A stretch of 64,000 bases of DNA from Octopus vulgaris (GCA_951406725.2 OX597818.1:66278001-66342000), one strand, 5' to 3'; counted from the first letter of the stretch, positions 1-12,789 are shown. Numbers and translations are program-made. The notes: a model not told the origin generated them from the letters alone.

Positions 1-96
1 TCTTTTCATGGTTACTTTGGCGCATTTTTCTAATCCAAATTTCATATCTATTTCTTTGGTAAATCCATGAATTGTCTTTAATAGTGTTTCCAGCTG

Positions 97-98
<2 letters not shown>
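1..98 (-). mobile_element. 5'-truncated R4/Dong-like LINE fragment (RT region), continues beyond the window start
   Basis: Minus strand translates to KQLETLLKTIHGFTKEIDMKFGLEKCAKVTMKR, aligning with QQLKGLLAIVKQFSDDIRMQFGLDKCAKATFIK of the 760-4572 ORF; abuts (TTA)n at 99-135. Confidence 0.8.
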
Positions 99-135
<37 letters not shown>

Positions 136-475
136 GAATGAGAGAGCAGTTCATGCCATCAAAGTGACACTGGGGTAAAATATACGAAGCCCAATATACC
201 CATCATGACAACCCGTCTGATAAGGGTACACCAGGCACATGCATCACAACCATATGTGCGCAACATGGTGATCTCATATCAAGATAAACAGCACATGACC
301 TTGCAGGTGGGGCCCAGTTAGAATTTTCTTCAGGTTGAGTAGCCCATCCCGCTCAAACGGTCCCTGAATAAGGGTTGTTTAAGGATGTTGAAAGAACCAC
401 CCATGTTTCCAGAGGTGAATTATTCAAACCCCAAAGAATCCCTCTCAAAACATGGCTATGATGCTCCCCCACTAC

Positions 476-476
<1 letters not shown>
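136..476 (-). mobile_element. Non-coding repeat fragment in (TAA)n, probably the 3' UTR of another TAA-tailed LINE
   Basis: Flanked by (ATT)n on both sides; positions ~315-476 have a diverged copy at ~50943-51110 (cagttagaattttcttcagg...gtgaatt...ccccaaagaat...gatgctc...actact). Orientation is inferred. Confidence 0.55.
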
Positions 477-519
<43 letters not shown>

Positions 520-520
<1 letters not shown>

Positions 521-666
521 TATGTTTGACTTTTGCTTTATATTTGTACAAGTTGGCTCCAAGTCTCACCCAGAGACCTCAAGAGACAACAGGGTTGGAA
601 GTTCATGTTGTTGTTATGCCTAGTGTGCCATATATTTGGGGGGTGGGGATGTTGTACTAATGAATG

Positions 667-704
<38 letters not shown>

Positions 705-3700
705 TTTTTTTTTTTTTTTTTTTTTAAACCGAAAATTATGTTTGTTTTAAACCTTGAGATTACATAGAGAGTATTTTGCGTAGGATATGAGCAGTTCCCA
801 TGAGCACTATCTTTTGAACTTCTGCCATTTTTGGGTTTCCTGGTATCTGAGTTAGGTAGCTATCAGCCCCTTTTGCTATCATTCCCAGGGCACCTATGAC
901 AACAGGTATTGTTTTAGTCTTCAGCTTCCACATTTTGCTGATTTCTATTTCAAGATCTTTATATTTGCTCAGTTTTTGGTAGGTCTTGACAGATACGTTT
1001 ATATCGATTGGGACAGTCATATCAATGAGGAGGCATGTTCTTTGTTTGAAGTTTTTCAATATGATGTCTGGCCTATTTGCATCTATCTTCCTGTCAGTTT
1101 GAATGGTGAAGTTCCAGAGGAGTGAGATGTGGTCATTTTCAAGCACTGGGGGTGGTTTGTGTTCCCACCAGTTTTTTTCATGGGGCAAATCCAGGTTTTT
1201 ACAGATTACCCAGTGAATATATTGTGCAGCTCTATCGTGCCTGTTGAGATACTCTGTAGGCGCTAGAAGACTGCACTTGGAGACCACATGGTCAATGGTT
1301 TCATTTTGTTGCTTGCATACACGACACGTTGGACTGCTTCTGATCTTTAATATGTTGGCCTGGTAGTTTCTTGTTGGTAGGCATTGATCTTGAGCTGCTA
1401 TGATAAACCCCTCTGTTTCAGATTTTAAGCCAGAGGCCATTAGCCATTGATGGGTCAGGGCTTTGTCGATATCTGCATTATTCGCTCTCTTTGGGTATTT
1501 GCCATAGAGAGGTTTTTCTTGCCATTTATTATTCAGAATATCTAAGGCCGCAGTTTTGGCACGGGTTTTCATGCGCCTAGCTTTTTCTGTGCTTGTTTCT
1601 TGTATATCTATCTCCGAAATTGGTTGTATTCGGAATTCACTTAGATATTCCTTTGCCTGTTTTGTGACTGAGTATGATGCTTTCTTGTTTTCATGTTTTG
1701 AGACAAGTTTTAGCATCCAGTCCTCAGAGTTTTTCAGGTAGGTGTCTAGGCCAATTGTAGCAATCTTCATTGTTATTGCCAGTTGCAAAAGACCACGGCC
1801 TCCCTCTTTTCTTGGCAGATAGAGTCGTTCTGTATCTGCCTTAGGGTGGTGCATTCTATGCATTGTCAACAGTTTCCTTATTTTTCTGTCGAGCTGACAT
1901 ATTTCAGTAATTGACCAGTTAACAATATTGAAACTGTAAGTCACGACTGGTATAGCTAATGCATTGATTGCTTCGATCCTGTTTCTTGCATTCAGCTCTG
2001 TCTTGAGTATTGCTCTCACTCTTCGATAGCATTCTCTCCTGATCCTTTCCTTCATCTCTGAATGCCTTATTCCGTTCCCTTCAATTATCCCTAGGTACTT
2101 GTAGCTCTCCGCTGGGTCTAGTTCTTTTATGACATTCTGTTGGTCAAGGTTAACGTTAGATGTTTCTGTCATTTTTCCTTTGATAAAGGTAGCCTTTGCA
2201 CATTTATCGAGGCCGAATTGCATTCTGATGTCGTCACTGAATTGTTTGACTATCGCTAGTAAGCCCTTGAGTTGTTGATCATTTTTTGCAAAAAGCTTTA
2301 AATCATCCATGTAAACGAGATGATTTATATTTTTATCAAACATTTTATACCCGTACTGCGCGTCATTGAGCAGCTTTGAGAGAGGTATTAAGGATAAACA
2401 AAAGAGGAGTGGTGACAGTGAGTCACCCTGGAAAATGCCACACGAAATTTTTACATCACCAACATTTAGGAATTCACTGTCACTGTTCAGAGTTAGTGTG
2501 GTTCTCCATGATCTCATACTTACAGTCAAGAAGTTTCGCAGAGTTGGTGCTATCTTATACATTTCAAGGCATTTTCTAATCCAGCTATGTGGTAGGCTAT
2601 CAAAAGCCTTTTTATAGTCTATCCAGGCTATTGATAAGTTTTTGTGTCGTTTGTGACAATCTTCTAAGATCATCTTATTGATGAGTAGTTGGTCTTTACA
2701 GCCGTAGGATCCACGTTTACATCCTTTCTGTTCATTAGGGAATATGCTGCTGTCTGTTAAAAAACTATAGGTATATTCCGTCAGGACAGATGTTAGTGTT
2801 TTGTACATAGTTGTTAAGCAAGTTATGGGTCTATAGTTTTTTGGTTCATTTGTTTCTTCACTTTTTGGAAGCAGGAATGTTAACCCATTAACTAGCCAAG
2901 GAGGCATCCTACTAGGGTGTTGCAAAACATCATTGTACAGTTCTGTTAGCAGTTCATGGCTCTCTGGGAAGGCATTCAGCCAGAAGTTAGGAATTTTATC
3001 CTTTCCTGGAGACTTCCATTTGCTTGACCTCCTGAGAGCAGATCTTATATCTTCTACCTTGACACCCTCCCACTTTTGCTCTTCTAAGGGGTCCAGTTCT
3101 GTAGATATTCTGTCAATCCAGGGGGCCTTTTCGTTGTGTGTTTTTTCTTCTGCCCAGATTTTATTCCAAAATCTCTGCACTTCTTCTTTTGATGGTACAG
3201 ACCCTGCAGTAAACGCTGTTTTTCCTATCTTCCGGTAAAAATTCTTGGTGTTATTTTTGAACATGTTGTTGTCCTTGAAAAATCTAACACGCTTTTCATA
3301 CCTCGCTATGCGGGCAGCTTTGGCAGATACCTTTTGTTTGATGGTTTCTATGGTGGCATCAATATCAAGTATAGTTTTCATATTGTATTTTTTCAGTAAT
3401 TTTTGGGTTTTTGTAGGTTTGGTAATCTTGTGAGCCTTAAGGTTTTTCAAATATTCAATGTCAGATCTAAATATTTTAATTTGTTGTTGCAGACGCTCTT
3501 GCCAAGAAGGCTTTTTGTGGGACTGTTGCCGTTTTCTAATCTTTACACCACATAGGATCGTTGAGATTTTCGCGGATGCATAGTATAGGTGGTTGAGGTT
3601 TGTGATATCAACATCATTAACTGAAATTATATCCTTAAGTGCAAGCCGGATTTTACCAATTATTTTCATGTTTTGGTTAGAGTTGCGGATTTTAGGAAGT

Positions 3701-4569
3701 GTATCACGCTCATCCATGCTGGTTTCTTTAATTTTCAGCCATTCAATCATGATTTGATTTTTTAGCTCATGTAGTTCTGTTGGGTCAATATTTGTGTGAC
3801 TTTCTTTATCTATTTGATGCTCATCTGTCTTAGTGTTTATGATTGGTTCAGGGCGTATTTCACTTTGCCTATCACTTATACTAACTCTTTCAATCCTCTC
3901 TTCGTTTTTATCCGCCCTGGGCTGGTCTATAATCATTTCCTCTGTATTATCTTCTCTAGCTGCAGCTTCGTTCATTTTATCCGATATTGCTTGTCTAACC
4001 TGATCAATCTCTACTTCAGTCAGTAATTTCTTTTTTATAATGTTTCTTCTAACATTGGCAAGCTTGTTACTGTCTATGTAGGGTCTTACTTCAGGGTGTT
4101 TCTGTCTCCAGTTTAAGTATGCTTGTACAGTGCTAGACTTATCTGTGGGGAAATATATGGCATGGTAGAAGGCCTCAAGAACTTCTTTATTATCTTCCCT
4201 AGACCATTTTTCCTTCTTTTTCTTTTGATTATTTGGTGATGAGCATGGATGGCCATCTGTTGGAATATTCCGGTTGTGGGGTTCGTCCAGCTCCTGTGTG
4301 TTGGGAAGATTTGATCCAGTAACTGATTTTTCAATCAGGATTTGGTTCAATTTTCGGGTACGTGGTCTTTTGTAATCCGCGCAATGACCAATGCGGTTTA
4401 TTGTTTGATTTGTTGACCTTGAAGCATGACGAGCATCCATTCTTATATTAGGAGATGGATCTGTCAGTTTAGGGTTCACTACGTGTAAGCATTGCTCATA
4501 GCGCCGCTTCTTAAGACTAGCAGATCTATATTCGTCTGTATTTTTTTTGTTGATAGTTTTATCTCCGGA

Positions 4570-4601
<32 letters not shown>

Positions 4602-5520
4602 CCTTTCCTCCTCTTCCTTTCTTCAAGGCTTACTGTGTCTGTATTAGTTCGAAATAATGAGAATAAAATACGGAGAAGGAAACGAAAAGAAAGGGAAAAA
4701 GACGGGATCTGTCAGTTATTATTGTTATTACTATCATCTTCACCACCATCACCATCATCAGCAACATCACCATCACCATCATCATCTTCAATGACATTGT
4801 TTTATGTGTAGCCACAGCCACCATCAACACTCCATTGTGTTGGAGAATGGGTGGTTAAAGAATTCATGTTCTTTGGGTCTATAAATAGCCACGGTAGATG
4901 GAGACAAAGGACGTTAATGGTCAGTAAAAGGTCAAACCTGTTTACGTTTATTTATTTATTTATTTATTATTATTTTTTTTTTTTTTTTTTTTTTTTTCCT
5001 TTCTCTTTTCTTCTTCACCACATGCATATGTATATGTATATATATGTATATTCACTCACACATATTATCTGATGTTTTCGTCGAAGATTTTTTTTTCTTT
5101 TTTTAAATAACTTTCTGAGTTCAATGTTATGTATATATTTTTAAATTTCTGAATTCAGTTGTATGTATATAGTAGTAGGTGCTTAATTCCATAACTTTTT
5201 ATCGTGCATTTAATTGTGTTGTTACAATAAAAGGTAATTTAAAAGGCAATTTTACACATTCTTATAGTCATGAGAGACAACTAAATGTAAATGTTCACAC
5301 AGAATTGGAGATATTTATGTTTCTAATTTTTCTTGTTAGGTGTACGTTTGTATGAGCTGTAGATATGTAAGTTTTTTTTTACTTATTTTGAGGGTAATTC
5401 AAATTACTTACAGTAAACAGTAGATCTTCCAGTTTTCTACAGTTGACCTGCTGGGTTCGCTGTTGCCAGTTCAGAGCATCGTAAAAATACGTCCATCCTC
5501 TGTCACGTCCAGCCGCCTTC
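520..5520 (-). mobile_element. Near or full-length R4/Dong-like element inserted in a (TAA)n microsatellite
   Basis: 3' UTR 520-759 ends directly at (TAA)n (477-519). The 5' end is either ~4714 (short degenerate TAA run) or ~5520 (clean TAA array). TAA-repeat targeting is established for Dong elements. Confidence 0.8.
760..4572 (-). CDS. Intact R4/Dong-clade non-LTR retrotransposon protein (~1270 aa): RT, CCHC zinc knuckle, restriction-like endonuclease
   Basis: Uninterrupted frame from ATG at 4572 (MSGDKT; the ORF-track extension to 4626 is translated poly-A). RT motifs YRPITCL, WIDYKKAFDS, GIFQGDSLSPLLF, YMDD, YKYLG; CRVC-x8-H-x4-C knuckle; REL motifs RHD, RPDI, IDMTVP, KLSKY; no APE domain. 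Confidence 0.95.
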
Positions 5521-5566
<46 letters not shown>

Positions 5567-5586
5567 CATTATTATTATTATTATCA

Positions 5587-5843
5587 TATGTTTGACTTTT
5601 GCTTTACATATTTGTATAAGTTGGCTCCAAGTCTCACCCAGAGACATCAAGAGATAACTTAGCAGTTCATGTTGGAGTTATGACTAGGGTGTCATATATT
5701 TGGTTTTGTACTTAGTGTTATTCTAGAGAATGTTTAAGAAACATATAAGAAAATTGTGTGTTTGTTTTAAAGTTTGAGATTACATAGAAAGTATTTTCCG
5801 TAGGATATGTGCAGTTCCCATGAGCATTATCTTTTGAATTTCT
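5587..5843 (-). mobile_element. 5'-truncated copy of the same Dong family (last ~20 codons plus 3' UTR)
   Basis: Matches 520-823 (tatgtttgacttttgcttta...gttggctccaagtctcacccagagac...ttgagattacataga...cagttcccatgagca); encodes EIQKIMLMGTAHILRKILSM*; TAA arrays on both sides. Confidence 0.92.
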
Positions 5844-5880
5844 ATTTCTATTATTATCATTATTATTATTATTATTATTA

Positions 5881-5925
<45 letters not shown>

Positions 5926-6039
5926 CATATATATATATATATGCATATATATATATACATACACACACACGTATATATATATACATATATAAGTATATAC
6001 ATACATACATACGCGCACACACATATATACACATATACA

Positions 6040-6510
6040 TATATGGTTGAAATATACAGAAAAACAAAAGACTAAATCAGGTGTATGCACAAGCATTAGT
6101 GGCTGTAGCTTGGGAGTGAAGGTGTGGCGTGTGTAGAGGTGGGTTGGGGCGGGAGTTGTATTAATGAAGGTATGAGGTGGGTAGGAGCAAAGACAGGATG
6201 TAGGTGTCTGAGGAAGAGAGGAGAGGTGGGTAGCAGTGAACAGAGTATGTAGGTGTCAGATGAAGACAGCAGTGAAGGTGATTTGAGAATATATGGTTCA
6301 AAGGACCGACGAGAGAAGATTAAACACTATTCACGGCGAAGGCGTGAGACCGGATGGACCCTGTGCGAAGACAGTCGAACACAGACAGGTGTTGTAGTGA
6401 ATGACTTGTAGAGTGGAAATGGGGCAAGACCGGGGTGTCATTGCTGAGTTTGATGTCTCGGAACTGCTCCATTAAACGGTTTGTCCCATTCTCGCTCCCA
6501 TGGCCCCTCC
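6040..6510 (-). mobile_element. Penelope-like element 3' fragment (GIY-YIG endonuclease C-terminus and terminal-repeat region)
   Basis: NRLMEQFRDIKLSNDTPVLPHFHSTSHSLQHLSVF resembles the R-x2-EH...PV-x2-HF...H GIY-YIG signature of PLEs; degraded. Confidence 0.65.
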
Positions 6511-6699
6511 CAAGACCTGTGCCTGTGTGTGTGCGTATGATACAGATACACACACATATAATATATATTCATACACACACATATATATATATATGTTTAT
6601 ATATATATATATACACATATACAAACACTTACATACATGTAAATGGAAGTCGAGAGGAAAACAAATTACTCATGATAATGGTTCAAGTCCAGCAAATTT

Positions 6700-6856
6700 A
6701 AGGCAAGTGTTACAGCGACCCCATTATTTTTTCGCCCCCGATGAGATTAAAAGCAAATTTTTTTGCGATGTAGTTTGAACTCAGATAGTAAAGACGATCG
6801 AAATACCGCTCAAAATTCTGCCCAGCGTGCTTTCTATTCCGCCAGCCCGTCGCCTC
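6700..6856 (-). mobile_element. Degenerate SINE, family B (ggcgrcgrgctggc...ctgagttcaaa)
   Basis: Similar to copies at 16725-16865, 34655-34848 and 36705-36880. Confidence 0.55.
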
Positions 6857-7453
6857 AGAAAATATTTATGATTGAATCACCCTCGTTTACGGTTCACCTG
6901 TGTCTCTGTTTAAGTGACAGCAAATTTCGAAATGCAAATAACAGTATAATACAATCTGTATAACAGGTACTTCATCACAAACCTTAAACGATATTTCCAT
7001 ATCCTATTGAAATCAGTTAACAACGTATGAATAAATCAAAACTCCTCAGTAGATTTTACTTTTCTTTCCGTATATATTCCTCTTTTTTTTTTATCTGTAC
7101 TGCTCACAACTGACAATGTAATTTGATCCTTTCCTTCCAAAGTAATTCCCTGCTCATTTTTGTAACTATGTTGTTAAATTATATTCTCATTTCATTCATA
7201 AAAATGTAATGGAATATGTTCTTTCCTTTTCTCTTTGGTCGCTATGGCGAAATAATTCTTTGTCATTTCTTATCCTTAATACGGCTTATCTGAGTTCCTT
7301 ACATCGCACTTACGTAATTATCATTTTAGTTCAGTGCTGTGGGGATGCTGTGCACATATCTTGAAGTAAATTGGTAATACGATATCGTTCGATATGATAC
7401 CAATCTAAGCCCAAAAGCCGACATGATAGACATAGTCGTGTCTGTGCTTCTAC

Positions 7454-7484
<31 letters not shown>

Positions 7485-7769
7485 TACGTGTGTGTAAGTG
7501 TGCGTGCGTGCGGGTGCGTATACAATATATACAATTATTAAATGAAAGCGTGAAATACAATTGACAAAGTAAAAAATTATTTACACTATAAAAAGGTTTA
7601 ATATGATATAACATTAACACAAGTTTTAAAAGAAACAAGTATAAAGACAACAATTTGTCTAGACACATATACATTAGTAATATATGGTAACGTTAGGTAA
7701 AATATATATTATATATATACATATATATATATATGTTTACATAATATATATGTATACATATATATGCTG

Positions 7770-8103
7770 AGAAACTCTTCGGTCATGACTGACCATTGAA
7801 TTGCACCTAGAAAGTTACCCTCCTGGGCACAAGTCCGGCAAGATTGCTTAGTGAAGTACCGAAGTCTCCCATGCACACCAGACTCCCCCTCTTCACGCCA
7901 CCGGTGTTATCCAAGGGAAAGGCAAAGGGTTCGATACAGCTTGGCACCTGTGACGTCGCAAATCATTTCTACAGCTGAGTGAACTGGATCAACGTGAAAT
8001 AATGTGTCTTGTTCAAGAACGCAACACGCAGCCCGATCTGAGATTCGAACACACAACCTCACGATTTTAAGCTCGACGCTCTAACCACCGAGTCATACCG
8101 CCT
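7770..8103 (-). mobile_element. tRNA-derived SINE, family C
   Basis: Head with A-box-like GGTGGTTAGAGCG and B box GTTCGAATC, followed by gttcttgaacaagacac...ccagttcactcagctg; related to 14520-14815 and 52056-52370. Confidence 0.8.
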
Positions 8104-8479
8104 TTTTGGTCGCGCCGTCATCAACTTTTTTATGTTTTACTTGTGAATGTAAGTGAGGGTACAGAGGCAAATGCTGCCACCCGACAACATTGTTGAAAAG
8201 TGTATGAAAAGTGCCAGTAGGATCTGGTTATACGAGCACGCTCCAAGCATGCGCGTATAAACGATGAAGAGGCGCCACTAGTTCTAGTGATGAGGATCTC
8301 AGTGGTTTTGTGGGCACCCAACGATCAGCCAGAGGAATTGTAACTTTTTCTGGGAATTTTTCCCTGTTCACCTGTGTTTTGTTACCGTTTTCACAGTTTA
8401 AAAGCATCATTATATGTAACGCAACATTGTATTATCTTATAACATCTCCGATATTTGTTGTGAATACTTAGAAATTATT

Positions 8480-8563
<84 letters not shown>

Positions 8564-8586
8564 GATATTATTATTATTATTATTGA

Positions 8587-9030
8587 TATTCCAGCAACAT
8601 CATACAGGTGATTCTGAATATTTTTAACTGAAGTATAATATATTCCTAACTGCATTGTATTTTGTACTTTGAAGCATATAAATGTCTCTTCCTCAAACTT
8701 CCTTTCATTTGTTCACTTAGTAACTTCAAGTGTCTGATTACAGCCGCACACCTAACTCTTTTTATATGTCTCCAGAATATTATAAATCTCTAACTCATTT
8801 AATCTATTTCTCTGAAATTTCTTGGAAATTTTGCTGATGTCATGGGAATTGGAATAAGTTTAAAGTCATTTAAGTCGGTCTCTTTTAGAACTGTAATTTA
8901 CGATTTGTTACCAACATAAGTTCCAGTTGTATTTCAGGAAATATATGTGACATTCTGTATTAATAACTCTGTACTTGTTTGAGACTTCATTTAAACGTTA
9001 TTCTCAACATTATTCTAAATAGAAAATGCT
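8587..9030 (-). mobile_element. Highly decayed R4/Dong-like 3' end
   Basis: Abuts (ATT)n 8474-8586 in the expected orientation; minus frame SHDISKISKKFQRNRLNELEI weakly resembles the REL region PIDINVSVKTYQKLSKYKDLEI. Confidence 0.35.
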
Positions 9031-9479
9031 ACTAGCCAATTCGCAAATCATTCTCCTTCAATGGAAGTTGTAATTCAATTGGAAGTTTTATTTAAATATG
9101 TACATATAATGCACACATGTCTGCAAATATCTAAGCATGTGGAAGTATGTGGGTTCGCTTCTATGCTTGCTTATATGCTCGTCTGCTTACACACAGCTAT
9201 ATATCTATTTATGTTTATGTAGCTGCAATGCTCTACGAACACATGCATAGCTTTTGCGTGCACTTTATTGCATTTTGCCTGCATGACAGGATGCTTATAA
9301 AGAAGTGTGCGACTCTATTTTATGCTGTTTATCTTACACTTGTTTCAGTCACTGGAATGCGCCCATGGCGAGGAAATATCTAGAAATGTTCACGAAGAAC
9401 TGCTGGGATACCGGCTCGTAAAAAAGAAACTGTTGTCAAAGATTATTTGAGGAATTGATTAAAGCAAGCAAACCTGTAT

Positions 9480-9870
9480 CTGGATATAAATACCTGGAAA
9501 TATATGATGCAGATGGAACTAAGTATGATGATGTGAAAGACAAAGAAAGAAAGTGTATCAGCGGCGATTGAGAAAAATATTCATTTCAAACATGAATGAC
9601 AGAACCTTAATTTCGGCAACTAAAACACATACACGAATTGGTCCCGTATGGAGCCGGAATTCTGAAGGTGGTAAAGTATTAGCTAAATGAGTTGGATTGG
9701 ATAACAAAGACACTCTTTAACGTGCATGGAACCTTTCACCTACGTGTAGACATTGATCGTCTGTACATGAAGAGAACAAATGGAGGAAAAGGACTGATAA
9801 GTGTAGAGAGCCGCATGAACATTGAACACGGGATCTAGCTCAGTAATGAATGATGGCTGAGAAGTGGGCC
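9480..9870 (+). mobile_element. Degenerate R4/Dong-like RT/thumb fragment (older subfamily)
   Basis: GYKYLEI...HGTFHLRVDIDRLYMKRTNGGKGLISV aligns with SYKYLGI...HRMHHPKADTERLYLPRKEGGRGLLQL; contains stops and frameshifts. Confidence 0.8.
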
Positions 9871-10285
9871 AAATAAAAGACGCTTCATGTATCGATTTAA
9901 GGGAATGTAGGTATTTACTTCTTCTTCCCATTTAATTCTTTTTATTTCGCACTTGTGACTTTTATTTTGGTCCCCATCAATAGCTTCATGACGACCCACC
10001 GGAGATTGATGAGTAACAACCTGCCAGCCGTGCATGACACTTTCACTATTAAATACTTCTAGTCCCGTTAGTTTAGGAGTGGTTATTATCAAATTGTAAC
10101 CATTGATTTTGAAGCATCCGCCCAGTGTCTCATAGAACAAACAAGAGAAATCCGTATGAACGACTTGATTAAGGCAGAAGAGATGGAAGATTTAGACCAA
10201 TGAGTATGAGGTTGTGCATTCTTACCTCTTCTAAATTCATAGCAAGATATACATTTGTCGCGCTTCTGGACATTTACTGCCTTAA

Positions 10286-10363
<78 letters not shown>

Positions 10364-10717
10364 GAGGAGGAGGAGGAGGAGGAGGGGCATCAGCAGTAAC
10401 AACAGCAGTAGTTGCAGATCTAATTTCAGTTGTGGATGTGGTTAATTTCAGAATAGTTTAATGAAATAATAAACAATAAAAAAAAATATAATTTTATATA
10501 TTTTATATTTAGATACTTTTTTTGCTGATGTATATTCATGCTGCCATTTTTTCACGTTTTCCGTTATGAAATTCGATATAATCGATTTTATTGACTCTGC
10601 TTTGTGTTTTTGTCTTTTTTTTTCAAAGTACAACGACGCATTGGAAATTAGATGAAATCCGAACACTGCGAAGGTAAAAAAAACTTTGAAAGCATACTAA
10701 ATACATACAGACACACG

Positions 10718-10819
<102 letters not shown>

Positions 10820-10842
10820 TAGATAGATAGATAGATAGATAG

Positions 10843-10884
<42 letters not shown>

Positions 10885-10913
10885 GATAGACAGACACACA
10901 GATAGATAGATAT

Positions 10914-11072
10914 AGGCGCAGCAGTGGCTGCGTGGTAAGAACCTTGTTCCCCAACCACATGGTTCCGGGTTCGGTCCCACTGCGTAGAATCTTGAGCATT
11001 TCTATTATAGCCTCGGGCAGACCAAATACTTGTGAGTAGATTCGATAAGCAGAAACTTTTAAATGCCTGTTG
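10914..11072 (+). mobile_element. tRNA-derived SINE, family A (ggcgcag-agtggctg-gtggtaag), 5' part
   Basis: Matches the fuller copies at 38790-39157 and 49757-50150; sits between (GATA)n/(TA)n tracts. Confidence 0.8.
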
Positions 11073-11091
11073 TGTATCTGTCTATCAATCA

Positions 11092-11206
<115 letters not shown>

Positions 11207-11404
11207 TGTGTGTTTATATATATATACACACTGTCTGTCTGTGTATATACACTGCTTTGTTTTTTGGCAATAACAGAGTATTCGTTCGAATCCAGATATT
11301 TTCCTATTGCACGATGATATCACCCATCTGCATGTAGTGTACCAAAATACATCCGAGCCTGTTATACGTAACGTCCCTGCCATTTTATCAATACGCATCA
11401 TTTT

Positions 11405-12762
11405 TATCATAACAAATTAGTAGGTAGGTCCAATAAAAATGCTACTTATGCGAAAACAAGCATTTATTTAATGCAGCGCTTCATATTTTACAAAATATAC
11501 AAACTTAACAACATTATAATAAAATTAATAATATGTTGGTATGGAAATAATACAAGAAATATGATATCATAAAGTTCATAATAATGGATGTATGATTCTC
11601 CATGTGTGAGATCGTGTCTGACGCTTTTACCTATTCAATTTGTCAAGGTAACTAGTTCATCTGGTGTAATACTCTCAGCAGCATCCACAATATCTTCCCA
11701 GAGCGTATCTTTCGTTGGAAACTGTCGTCCATCGTGATATATATCTTCTTCAGAACACTCAATGGAATTACAATCGGGTTTAAGTCGCGTGAACACGCTG
11801 TCCACTTCATCAAACGGTCTCCAGAGAAGCCTAATTGCTGTAGTTATTCCAGATATTTCTTAGCTGCATGGTAGGGGGAATTATCTTGCATGAATACCAC
11901 AATTCTCTTTAGTGAAGCTTTCTGAGTCCTCAACCAAGGCTTAAAATTGTCGTTCAAAAAGGCAACATGGACATTAAATGTCATCTTAATTCCGTCTGGA
12001 ACTTTCCAAGGACGAACCAACATGTCTTCAATGATGCCAACCTAAATTATAATTCTGCCTTCCTTTTGTTAGCGTTTCAAACGACGGGGGAGGTTTCCGC
12101 TAATTGCAACCCTCCTTTATTTTTTCTATCTGGTCCATTTCGGGTAGCACGGTTTTTAAAAATCTATCTTCATGTAGTCTTCTGCCTATTTGACACTATT
12201 TTGTTCATGAAAAGCCTTCAGAAGGGGCCTCGTAACAGGTTTTACGTTCTTGGCTACCTGCTTGAGGAAGCATCACCTGGTAGATTCCTGAATGTCTTCC
12301 CTACCACAACGTTTATAAACTTCTCGACTAGTCTGGCACGTATTTTTCGCAACTTCCCTCGTCAAAAGTGATAGGATACGCCTGGAAGCAACCCTCGATT
12401 TGCCTTTGTCAGCCCTCGAACGAACAGCAGAAGACTCCAGAAATTTCTTCACAGATCGATGATCTTATCCCAGGATCTTTGATGTCTTTTTAGTTTTTCC
12501 AGGCTAAGAAGATGGTGGACTTTTTATTTGATGTTAAATCACATTTTTGACCCATAATAACACTTTTATTAGTTTAGGCTCGAAAATTGTTGCTATGTTA
12601 ACCTCGCCGTTTATTTACGTCTGCGCAGATCTAATTTATTTTATTACGTTATACGCACGCCGATGCTGCCATCATTCAGTGAAAAATATCTGGGTTGGAA
12701 CGAATAAATACTTTGCTTTTTCGATAAAACAGAGCTGCCTAATAATTTGAAATGCTATGTAT
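11405..12762 (-). mobile_element. Decayed Tc1-like DNA transposon
   Basis: Minus strand from ATG at 12555 (MGQKCDLTSNKKSTI); VFMQDNSPYHAAK and MKWTACSRDLNPI match the Tc1 QDNAPxH and WPxxSPDLNPIE motifs. Imperfect terminal inverted repeat: caaattagtaggtag (~11413) versus ctgcctaataatttg (~12735). Confidence 0.8.
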
Positions 12763-12789
12763 ATTTGACACGCAGTGCATATATATATA

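Noticed and set aside
4573-4626. Lysine-rich N-terminal extension of the Dong ORF
   Set aside because: Starts at TTG and is translated poly-A; the first ATG is at 4572.
7770-8103. tRNA gene (also at 52056)
   Set aside because: Has A/B boxes but no complete cloverleaf, and continues into a SINE body.
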